This document shows positions 9,301 through 21,300 of a stretch of DNA of 64,000 nt, one piece after another (within the stretch, counting starts at the first letter, position 1; each line of letters starts with the position of its first letter). A program made the position numbers and the translations under genes. Source of the DNA: Betaproteobacteria bacterium (lineage in GTDB: Bacteria; Pseudomonadota; Gammaproteobacteria; Burkholderiales; Ga0077523); contig WGLR01000003.1 in NCBI GenBank assembly GCA_016125475.1, forward strand, positions 7,945 through 71,944, in the 5' to 3' direction. The notes below the pieces were generated by a model. It did no database searches. It was not told the origin of the DNA and saw nothing but the letters and a program-made list of their open reading frames with translations.

Positions 9301-12300
9301 GAGCGTGCCGGCGACGCGGGAGCGTCCGGCAACGACGTGCTGTACGGGCAGGGCGGCAACGACGACCTCTACGGTGAGGCGGGCGACGACCTGCTCTACG
9401 GCGGCACAGCGAACGACAACATCTTCGGCGGTGCGGGCGAGGACACGATCTACGGCGAGGCGGGCGCAGACACGATCTCCGGCGGCACCGCGAACGACCT
9501 CATCCACGGCGGACTGGACGGCGACCACATCAGCGGCGACCAGGGCAACGATCTGATCTACGGCGACGAGGGGAACGATACGATCCTCGGCGGCGCGGAC
9601 GACGACACGATCCTCGCCGGGACGGGCAACGACGTGGTGCGCGGGCAGGAAGGCGACGACCAGGTGTTCGGGGAGGACGGCGACGACCAGCTATCCGGCG
9701 ATCTCGGCGACGACATCCTCGTGGGCGGGCGCGGCAACGACCTCGCCTGGGGCGGCGTCGGCCGCGACCGCGTGTACGGCTCGGACGGCAACGATCGTCT
9801 CTTCGGCGGTGTCGGTGACGACGCGCTCTACGGCGAGGCGGGCGACGACACGATCTACGGCAACGAGGGCGAGGACCTCCTCGACGCCGGGACGGGGCTC
9901 GACTCCCTGTTCGGCGGTGCCGGGAACGATCTGCTCCTGGCCGGCGTCGGTGTCGGCAAGCTGCTGTCCGGGGACGACGGGGACGACCGCATCGTGGGCT
10001 CGGACGAGGGTGGCGAGGACCCCGATTTCAGCGACGGCGTCTGGTTCGGCGACCGGATCTTCGGCGGGGCCGGCGACGACACCGTCTGGGGGCTCGGCGG
10101 AGCGGACTACATCGACGGCGGCTCCGGCGACGACACGCTCGACGGCGGCGTCGCGGGGGACTTCATCCTCGGCAACGCCGGGCGCGACCGGATCTACGGC
10201 AGCTTCGGCAACGACCGGCTCTCCGGCGGGGACGACGACGACTACCTGGACGGCGGCTTCGGCGTCGACACGATCCACGGTGATGCCGGGAACGACGAAC
10301 TGCTCGGGGGCGGAGGCAGCGGCGACGACCTTCACGGCGACGACGGCGACGACATCCTGCGCGGGTCGGACGACGGTGCGGACATCCTGGCGGGCGACGC
10401 CGGGCGCGACATCCTCTACGGCAACGGCGGCAATGACACGCTGCGTGGCGGGGCGGGTGACGACATCGTCGACGGCGGAGCGGGCGACGACCTCATCGAG
10501 GGCAACGCCGGCATCGACGTGCTGCTCGGCGGCGCGGACCACGACGTGCTCTACGGTCACAGCGCGAGTGGCACCGGCGACGACTCGGCGGTCGACTGGC
10601 TCTACGGCGATTTCGGTACGAACGGCGACGAGGCCGGGTCGGGCCGCGACCGGCTGTTCGGTCAGGGCGGCAACGACATCCTGTTCGGCGAAGGCGACGA
10701 CGACTTCATCGACGCCGGCGGGGGTGCCTCGAACATCGTGAATTACGGATCCGGCGAATCCGGCGTCCCGTCGGCTTTCGTGACGCCCGTCGCAACGCCG
10801 AACCCCGTGGTCGTCCCGTCCGTGGCCGACCCGCGTGCGACAGGGTTGCTGCCGGCCGGGCCGGACTACCGTGGCTGGTGGGGCGAGTTCTCCGGTTCGG
10901 GCAGCGGTTCGGGCGTCAGCGGCGGTGGCAGCGTCGCGCTCGAACCGGCGGTTGCGGTCACGAACACGGCCCGCTACGTGGCCTGGGCCGACAGCCGCAA
11001 CGGCAACTACGAGATCTACGTCGCGCGCGATCAGGGTGGCGTCTGGTCGGAACTCGCGGGCAGCGCCGCGTTCACGGGCGTGAGCGCCACGCTCGCGCAG
11101 TCCCGTCGTCCGAGCCTTGCGCTCGATGCGGGCGACCCCGTCGTCGCGTGGACGGAGATCGCCGCGAACGGGACGTCGAACATCAGGGTCGCGAAGTTCG
11201 ACGGCTCGTCGTGGATCGCCCTCGGCGAATCCCTCGACGCGAACGGCATCAGCAACACGAATGCCGCCGACGAGGCGCAGCTCGTCATCACGGACGCCGG
11301 ACCGGTCGTCGTCTGGATCGATCGTTCCGGCGGCACGCCGCAGGTCTTCGCGAAGCGCTTCGACGGCGCCAGCTGGGTCGCGCTCGGTGCGAGCTTCGCG
11401 GTGACCGCGGCGGCCGGCGGTGTCTCGGATGTCGCCGTGACGACCGACGGCGGCCGGCTCGCGGTCGCGTGGGTGCAGGGCGCGGGCACGGGCGCCGAGG
11501 TGTACGCGCGCCAGTTCACGTTCGCGTCGTCGTCGTGGGTGTCGCTCGGCAACGTGAGCAACAACGGTGGTGCAAGCCTCGCGCCGACGCTCGCCTATCA
11601 CGGCGGCAACCTGTTCGCGGCGTGGCAGGACCAGAGTTCCGGCCGCGAGGAGATCTACGCACGGCGCTACAGCGGCGGCGCCTGGGGCGACGCGGGGGCG
11701 TCGTCCGCCGCCGGTCAGGGCCTGTCGGCGACGACGGGCCGCACGTTCTCGCCGCAGCTCGTCTCGGGAGGCGGCACGCTCTCCCTCGTCTGGGCCGACG
11801 ACAGCGTGCAGGAACGCCCGGACAACACGGTCGCGTTCTACGTGAAGCAGTGGACGGGGTCGGCGTTCGCGGAAGTGCTGTCCGGGGATGCGTCGAACCG
11901 CGGCGTGAGCGGCACGGGCGGCTTCGTGCAGTCGCTGGCGGCGACCGTCGACGCGCTGGGGCGTCCGTACATCGTCTGGAACGACGCGGGCACCGGGTCT
12001 CCCCAGGTCTACCTCCGCGGCAACCTGCAGGCCGCGAACCGGGTGCTCGTCGCGGACGGCGCGACGAGCGTCCAGAACCTGCTCGACAACAACGATCTCG
12101 GTGCGGGCGACGTGATCGTGGTGGGCCCGGGCGAGCACGCGGGTTTCACGATCGGCACGAACGACAGCGGGGTGCTCGTCATCGGCGCACCCACGCAGGA
12201 CACCGTCTTCACGAGCACCGTGACCGTGTCTGCCGGCGTGTCCGCCACGCTGCAGCGGCTCGGGTTCGACGCCGGGCTCCAGCTGAACGGCGCCACCGGC

Positions 12301-15300
12301 ACGACCGTCGTCGACAGCGTATTGCGCAATGCCGGCCTCGTCGTGAACGGCGGCAGCGACCTGCAGATCGTGCACAACCGTCTGGTCTCGGGTGCGACCC
12401 TCGCGATCGATGCCGCGGCGGCCGGCATCATCGCGCACAACACCCTCTCGGGGGGCGGCAACGGACTCGAGATCAACGCTGCCTTCACCGGGGCGATCCG
12501 CGACAACGACATCACCGGCAACGCGGTCGGCGTGCGCTACGAGGCGGGCGCAGAACTCGTGGCCAACCGCATCCGGGGCAACGCGACGGGCGTAAGGAGC
12601 ACGGTTTCCGGTGCGGCGGCCCTGGGCTACGTCGGGGCTGCCGTCCCGAACGAGATCACCGGCAACACGACAGGCGTGGCGCTCGTCGACGCACGCGTGC
12701 GCGGGCAGGTCGTGCGTGACAACACGACCGGCGTGAGCGGCACCGGCACGATCGGCGGCGACACCTTCGAGGAGGCCAACCTCGTCGAGTCAAACGACAC
12801 GGGCATCGGTGCGTTCAGCGGGACGATCCAGTTCAACCGGATCGCGTCGAACGCGACCGGCATCGCCGCGACGGACGGCCTCACGATCGTGCACAACCTG
12901 ATCTACCGCAACTCGGGGGCGGCCGTGCTCGTCTCGGGCGTGACCGACGTGCGGATCGTGAGCAACACGATGTACACGCCGAGTGGCGACCTGATCCGTC
13001 TCAACGGGGGAGCCTCGAACGTCGAGGTGTGCGGCAACGTGCTCTGGACCGAGAACGGCTACGACGTCTTCGTCACGAACGACTCCCAGACGGGCTTCTT
13101 CAGCGACTACAACGATCTGTTCGCGAGCGGCAACGGCAGGATCGGGTACTGGACCCGCGACTTCGACGACATCCTCGACTGGCAGGCGGACATCGCGCGG
13201 TTCGACCTGCACTCGATCGGTCGCACCGACGTGAACCCGCAGTGGGCCGAGCCGCGCTTCATGGATCGCGGACAGGACGACTACCGGCTCATGCCCGTGG
13301 TCGCGGAACTGCGCTTCACGAGCCCCGGCATCGACGACGGCGATGCGCGCACCGACATCGGCGTCTCGCCCGACTTCACGAACCTGATCGTGAACGGCGG
13401 CTTCGAGTCCGGGCTGACCGGCTGGACGCAGGTCAACGTGGGCGGCGCGACGCGTGCGGCGAATCCCGATCCGCACAGCGGGAATGCGTACTTCGCACCC
13501 GGCACCATCGACGAGGGATACGTCGAGCAGGTCGTCGACCTCGCGCAGAACGGCGTCACGACCGCGATGCTGGACAGCCAGGACCTCGAACTCGTCTTCG
13601 GCGGGCGCATCCGTGTGGCCGCCGAGAACGTGTCCGACCGCGGCTCGATCGAGATCCGTTTCCTCGACGCGGGCGACGCCGACATCGGCAACCCCGTCAC
13701 GGTGGATGCCGCGAACACGACGACTCGCTGGGAACTCGTGGGCGGACAGGCGGCGATCCCCGTCGGCGCGCGCAAGGCCGTGTTCCGGTTCGCGGCGGAC
13801 CGCAAGACGGGCACGACCAACGACGTCTTTCTCGACGGTGCGTTCGCCTACGTGCGCAGCGAGGCGCAGGGCATCGACCTGGGTGCCTACGGCAACACGA
13901 TCGCCGACGTGCCGCGGGCCGGCACGCCACGGATCTCGCTGCGCTACCCCGACCTCTACGCGGACCTCGAAAAGGACAAGCCGCTCACGATCCGCTGGGA
14001 GAGCTTCGGGAACGCGGCCGAGTCTCCCGTCCGGATCGATCTGTACCAGGATGGTCCGGACGGTCCCGGACTCCGCACGACGATCTCGGCCGCGACGCCG
14101 GACGACGGCGAGTTCATCTGGATTCCGTCGTCGAGCGGGCTCGACTTCGGCACCTACGGACTGCGCATCCAGGTATCCCTCGTGAACGTGCCCATCGCGA
14201 TCGACCGTTCGCAGGAAACGTTCACGGTGCCCGAGGACGGCAGCACCTACTGGGTCGACGACGGTTCGAACACGAACGACGAATACACCCCAGGCGGCAT
14301 CGGGGACAACCGGAACACCGGCAAGCTCGCGACGGCGCCCAAGCCCTATGTCACGAATCTGCTGCGCGTCTACGACCTCGGTGCGGCCGACGTGCTGAAC
14401 GTGGACACCGGCAGCTATTCGATGATCGATCCGGTGGCCATCTCGGGGACCACCGATCTCGGGCTCGGGCTCGACGAGGGGTTCCCGCTCCGGGGGCCGG
14501 CCGACGTCTCGAGGATCGCGTCGCTGTTCCCGGCGATCCCGGGCGACCGCACGCAGCCGGTCATCCTTCTCGACGACGCGGACAACATGGTCGTGTCGCA
14601 TCTCACGCTCTCCAGCGCGCTGCGCGGCATCGAGGTGCGCAACGGCAGCGACGGCTTCGCCGCCTCGTACCTGACGGCGTTCGGGCACGCCTCCGACGGG
14701 ATGCGCATCGACACGAACGCACCGTTCGCGGCATTCGACCACCTCACCGCGTACTCGAACACGGGGCGCGGGCTCTCCGTCAACGGGCCGATCGCGAGCT
14801 TCACGAACGGCCTGGCCCACGACAACACGACGGACGGCATCTACATCACCGGCACCGTCGGCGTCGTGAGCGACTCCGTCGCCTACGACAACGGGCAGAC
14901 CGGTATCGAGGTGCAGAGCCCGGGGGCCGGCGCCCGTGTGGAGGCCAACACCGTCTTCGGCAACAACGTCGGCCTTTACGTGTACAGCCAGGCCTCGGGT
15001 GCCGAGGTCGTCGCCGGCAACGCGGACCTCGCGCCGGGTCGCGGCAACCTCGCCTACGGCAATCGCCAGATCGGCATCCAGGCGGGAGGCAACGTCCGCA
15101 TTGCAGGCAACACCGTCCAGAACCAGACCAACACGTTCTCGTACGGCATCTCGACGTTCTCGGGCGCTGCCGTCTCGCGCAACATCGTGTCGGGCAACTA
15201 CTACGGCGTCAGCGTGTCCTCCGGCGCAGACGTGAGCGAGAACCGCGTATACGGGAACACCGGGTTCGGCATCACCGGATACGCGAGCGGCGGATTCAAC

Positions 15301-18300
15301 GGCAATGTCGTCTATTCGAATCCGACGAACGTCAGGGTCAGCGGCAACACGGTACTGCGCAACAATCTCATCTACGACAGCGAGGACTATGGCGTCCTGG
15401 TAGCGGGTACGTCGGGTACCCAGCTCGTCAACAACACGATCTACGCAGCGGTCGGCGACGCGGTCCGGCTGCAGCAGAGCTCCTCGAATTTCGTTCTGCG
15501 CAACAACATCATCCGCGTGGACGGCGGCCATGGCGTCTCGGTGACCGCGGACGCGCAGTCGGGATTCTCGTCGGACTACAACCTGTTCTACACGACGGGC
15601 GCGGCCGACGTCGGGCTGTGGCAGGGCGTCGATCGGACGACGCTGGTCAGCTGGCGCAACGCGACCTTTGGCGACAGGAACAGCGTGTTCGGGGATCCGC
15701 TGTTCGTCGATGCGGACGGAGGGGACGGAACGCTCGGCTACGCGGGCATCGGGAGCGACGGCCGCGACGACGACTTCCACGTGCGCAGCCAGTTCGGCAG
15801 CTTCAAGGGTGCCGCGCTCGCTCCCGTGCGAGATGCCGCCACCGGACTGCCCGTGTTCCTGCCGGTCCCGGGCGCCACGCTCGACGGCGCGTCGTCACCG
15901 GCCATCGATCGCGGCGCGCCGACCGATGCATTCGTGAACGAGCCCGCGAACAATGGCGGATACGTCAACGTCGGCGCCTACGGCAACACCGCGCAGGCGT
16001 CGAAGAGTCCCGCGCAGTTCATGCTCGTGACCAATCCGAACGGCGGCGAGGCGATCCCGCAGGAGACGGCCTACGAGATCCGCTGGCGCTCCACCGGATT
16101 CGGCGGCAACGTCGCGATCGACGTCGGCACGCAGGCCGCGGCGGGAGGAACGATCACCTGGCAGGTCCTCGCGGACGACGAGGCGAACGACGGCTCCTAC
16201 GCGTGGACGGTCGATCCGGCCGTGTTCGGCGTGGGCAGCGACTATCTCGTGCGCGTGCGTTCGATCGACACCGCCGCGATCCAGGACCGGTCCGACGCCA
16301 CGTTCGCGATCACGCCCCCGATCAGCCTGTTCTACGTGAACGACGGCTCGCTCGCCGGCGACCAGTACACGACGGCGATCGGTGACGACGCGAACGACGG
16401 CCTGACACCCGGCACACCGAAGGCAACGATCCGCTCGGTGCTCGAGACCTACGATCTCGACGCGGGCGACGTGATCCGTGTCGACACGGGTGACTACCTG
16501 CTCACCGCGAACATCCTGCTCGACGCGCAGGACTCCGGCGTCACGATCGAGGGCCCGACGCTCCCGGGCAGCCGGGCCGTCATCGACCGCGGCAACACGT
16601 CGAGCACGAGCTACGCGTTCCAGCTCACGGGCGCGGACGACGTCACGCTGCGCAATCTCGCCATCACGGGCGGTTACTACGGCATCTACGCAGCGTCGAA
16701 TGCCGGGTCCGACGGCCTCACCGTCGAGAGTTCGGAGATCTATCGCAACAGCCTGTACGGCGCGTACGTCGTCGACGGCAATGCCGATGCGACGTTCAAC
16801 GACAACGAGATCTACCTGAACGGATCGTGGGCGCTGTACCTGACGGCATCGGGCGCGCGCGCGACGGGCAATCATGTCTGGGGCAACGGCGGCGGTATTT
16901 TCGCGAGCTACAACGGCCAGGGGGCGCGGATCGAGATCGTCGACAACGTCGTGCACGACAACAACAGCACCGGAATCGACGGCAACTACTGGGTGCTGGT
17001 GTCCGGCAACACGGTGTACGGCAATGCCGGCTCCTGGGGCATCAACATGTACAGCAGCCGGTCGCTCACGATCGGCAACGAGGTCTTCCGCAGCCCGAAC
17101 GGCATCAACCTCTCCGTCGGGGCCGTGGGCGTCGAGAACCGGGTCTACGACAACGCGGGCACCGGCATCGGCCTGGGCGGCGGCGGCGGGGCCGTCGCGG
17201 AGCGCAACATCGTCTACGGCAACGACATCGGAATCGGCGAGAGCTCGTCGCGCGTCGCGAACAATCTCGTCTACGACAACCGGACGGCCGGTATCCAGAC
17301 GAGCGGTTACCGCGGCGCCGGCGACGGGGTCTTCAACAACACGGTCGTGCAGCCGGTCGGCGATGCGATCCGGGTCGCAGCCAATGCGAACGGCGTGCTG
17401 ATCCTGAACAACATCCTCGAGGTGGGCACGGGCTACGCGATCGACGTGCCGTCCAGTGCCCAGAACGGGTTCGCGAGCGACTACAACCTGTTCCATCTGA
17501 CGGGCACCGGCCGGATCGGATTCTGGGAAGACCGGGATTTCCTCACGCTCGAAGACTGGGTCTACGAGATCGGTCGCGATACCGAAAGCCTCGTCGCCGA
17601 ACCACAGTTCGTCGATTCCGCCGGTGCGGACGGCATCCGTGGTTTCAGTGCGGACACGGTGGGCAGCAGCATCGTCATCGACGACGGAGATGCCGGGTTC
17701 TCGGTCGTGGGCCCGTGGACGCAGGTGATCGGCGCGCTCGACGAGCCCGGCGACCCGGCAACCCAGCTGGAGAAGTCGGTCTACAACACGGCGTACGGCG
17801 CGGACGTCTGGCAGATTCCCGGGGGCGGCGACGGGACGAACGTCGCACGCTGGAGCTTCGACGGCCTCGAGGACGGCCTCTATCAGGTGGCCGTGCGGTG
17901 GCCGAACGGCAGCGGCGTGGCGGGGACGAGCGCCCAGTACCGCCTCTACGACGGCGTGATCGACGTCGCCCACGTCGTGGCCATCGCGAACAACGTGACG
18001 CAGGGCGGTGCGCCGAACGACTTCACGGCGGACGGCACGACGTGGGAGCGCCTGGAGACCGTCGAGATACGCAACGGCAGGCTCGTCGTGGAACTCTCGG
18101 ATGCCGGTGGCGGCACGTCCAGTCGTGCCACGGCGGATGCCGTGCGCATCCAGCGCATCGTCGGTGACATGGGCGTGGACGACGACTTCCACCTCGCGCT
18201 CACGAGCCCCGGTGTGGATCGGGGCGATCCGGCGTCCCGCTTCGAACTCGAGCCGGTCGACAACGGCGCGCGTGTCGACATGGGGGCCTACGGCAACACG

Positions 18301-21300
18301 CCCGAGGCCACGCAGAGCCCGGCGCAGCTCGTGCAGGTCCTCAACCCCAACGGGCTCGAGAAGATGGAACTGGGGCAGACCGTCCGGGTCGATTTCCGGT
18401 CGGCCGGCCTGACGGCGTACGACCCTGTCCTGCTCATGAACCCGGGCGGCGGCGCCGTGAGCGGCCCGGGGTTCTGGGCGGCGGAGGACGCGCCGTCGAC
18501 GGGCGGGAACACCACCACGGGGTCCATCGCGGCCTCCCAGGTGCTGGATCTCGGTGCGGCCGACACCGGGCCGGAAGCCCTCTATCGCAGCTACCGGTAT
18601 TCGAACGCCGGCGTGGACGCAACGATGGGGTGGGACGTCGACATCCCGGACGGTGACTACGTCGTGAAGCTGCACTTCATCGAACCCAGTTACACGACCG
18701 CGAACTCGCGGCGATTCGAGGTCAGCCTGCAGGGCGCGGTCGTGGAGGCCGGTCTCGACATCGTCGCCGAGACCGGCGCACGCTACGAGGCGCTCGTGAA
18801 GTCCTACGACGTCACGGCCGCGGGCGGCGAAGGGCTGTCCCTGCTGCTCCGCAATCTCACGACTGCCGGCGCGCTCGTTTCGGGGATCGAGATTCTCCGG
18901 GCGAATCCCGGCGGTGTCGCGAGCCCGACGGTCGACCTCGAGGTCACGACCGATGGCGGCGCCACCTGGGCGCCGGTCGCGAGCGGCATTGCCGTGGACC
19001 GGTACGGGCTGGGGAGCTTCAACTGGACGGTCGGACCGCAGACCGGCAATGCACGCGTGCGCGCCACCGCACACGCTGGTGCCGTCACGGTGCAGGACGT
19101 CTCCGACGCACAGTTCCAGATCGCCAACGCGGGGACCGCCTACTACGTGAACGACGCGTCCACGGCGGGCGACGAATACACGACGGCCATCGGCGACAAC
19201 GCGAACGACGGCAAGACGGCGGCGACACCGATGGCGAGCCTGGCAGCGCTGCTGCGCGCCTACGATCTCGACGCGAACGACGTGATCTACGTGGATACCG
19301 GCGTGTACGACCTCGCGACGAATGTCCTGCTCGAGGCGCAGGATTCCGGCGTCACGATCCGCGGCGCGCAGGGCGACGGACACGTGACCCTGCTCGATCG
19401 CGGCAACACGGCGCAGTACGTGTTCGAGCTGGCCGGTGCGGACGACGTGACGATCGAGCACGTCGCGATGACTGGCGCCCAGCGTGGCGTCGACGGCAGC
19501 GGCAACGTCGATTCGGACCGGATCACGCTCGACGCCGTGACGGCCTACGGCATGAGCTACGGCGCGTTCATCACGTCTTCGAACGATTCCTTCACGATCC
19601 GCAACAGCGAGCTCTACGGCAACTCCCAGGCCGGCCTGTACCTGGCGACGCCGCACGGCCTCGTCGAGGACAACCTCGTCCACGACAACGGTACCGGCCT
19701 GTCGCTGAACGCAGGTTCGGCATCCACGTACGCGGACGGCATCTTCGTGCGCGGCAACGAGGTCCGCAACAACGGCACGGGAATCGGTGCCAGCTACCGC
19801 ACGACCATCGAGGCGAACGTCGTGCACCACAACACCACGGGCATCTCGGGCGATCAGTCCGTCATGATCGTCGGCAACACCGTGTACTCGAACGCGAACA
19901 TGGGCATCCAGGGGTCGAACGGCACGTCGATTCTCGACAACCGGATCTTCGATCAGACGGGTAACGGTTCGACGACGGGTGTCGGTCTCTACGTCCGCAG
20001 CGGTGTGGCGCAGGGCAACCAGGTCTACGGCAACACGATGGGTGTCCAGCTCGACAGCAACAGCGAGGTCCGGAGCAACCTCATCTACGGCAACCTGCTC
20101 TACGGCGTGCGCATGAACGGCTACCAGGGAGCCGGCGACGGCCTGTTCGGGAATACCATCTACCAGCTCACGGGCGATGCGGTGGTCGCGACCGGCGGCG
20201 GATCCAACACGTCGATCCGCGACAACGTCGTCGTGGCGGCCGGCGGCTACGCGCTGAGGGTGTCCGACGACACGCAGGTCGGCTTCGCGTCGGACTACAA
20301 CCTCTTCCACACTTTCGGTACGGGCAGGCTCGCGCAGTGGGAAGGCAGGGATTTCCTCACGCTCGCCGACTGGTCGCTCGAGACCGGTAACGACTTCGAG
20401 AGCCTCGTCGCCGATCCGCAGTTCGTCGACATCGACGGGGCGGACGACGTGCTGGGCTTCTCCGGCATCGACGGCGGGGCCGACGACGACTTCCGGCTGG
20501 CCGTCGGCAGTCCCGGCGTCGACCGTGGCGATCCGGCGTCGCTGTTCGTGGCCGAACCCACGTTCAACGGCGGTCGCGTGGACATCGGCGCATACGGTAA
20601 CACCGCACGAGCCACGCAGAGCGCGGCCCAGCTCGTGCAGGTCCTGAATCCGAACGGGCTCGAGAAATTCGAGGTCGGGCAGGAAGTCGAAGTGAAGTTC
20701 CGGAGCGCCGGACTGACCGCCTACGACGCCGTCCTGCGCCTGAATACGGGCGCGGCCACGGCGGCGGTCGATGGCTGGGCGCCGGACGCCTACCGCACCG
20801 GCGGACGCGTGACCACGTACGGCACGTCCGTGAATTCGTCGGCACTCGCCGACGCCGGTCCTGCCGCGATCTACCAGAGCTACGCCTACTCCGACTATGG
20901 TGCCGGCAACGGCCTGAGCTACCTGCTGCCCGTCACCGACGGTGACTACGAGATCGTGCTGCACACCTTCTCGGGCACTGAAGGGGCGGGTACCTACCAG
21001 TTCAGCGTTTCCCTCCAGGGCGCCGTCGTGCAGCCGTCGGTGGATCGGCGTGCGCTGGCCGGCGCGACGAACACGGCGCTCACGCTCGCGTATTCGGTCT
21101 CCGCAGCCGGTGGTCAGGGCATCGCCCTCGACCTCACCAACGTCACGAACAACCAGGCGGTGGTACTGGCAGGCATCGAACTCCGGCGCGTGAACGCGGG
21201 TGGTGTCGCGAAACCGACCGTCGATCTGGAAGTGTCCGTCGACGGCGGAACATCGTGGCTGCCCGTGGCGGGTGGCGTGACACTCGACCGGTTCGGCGAG

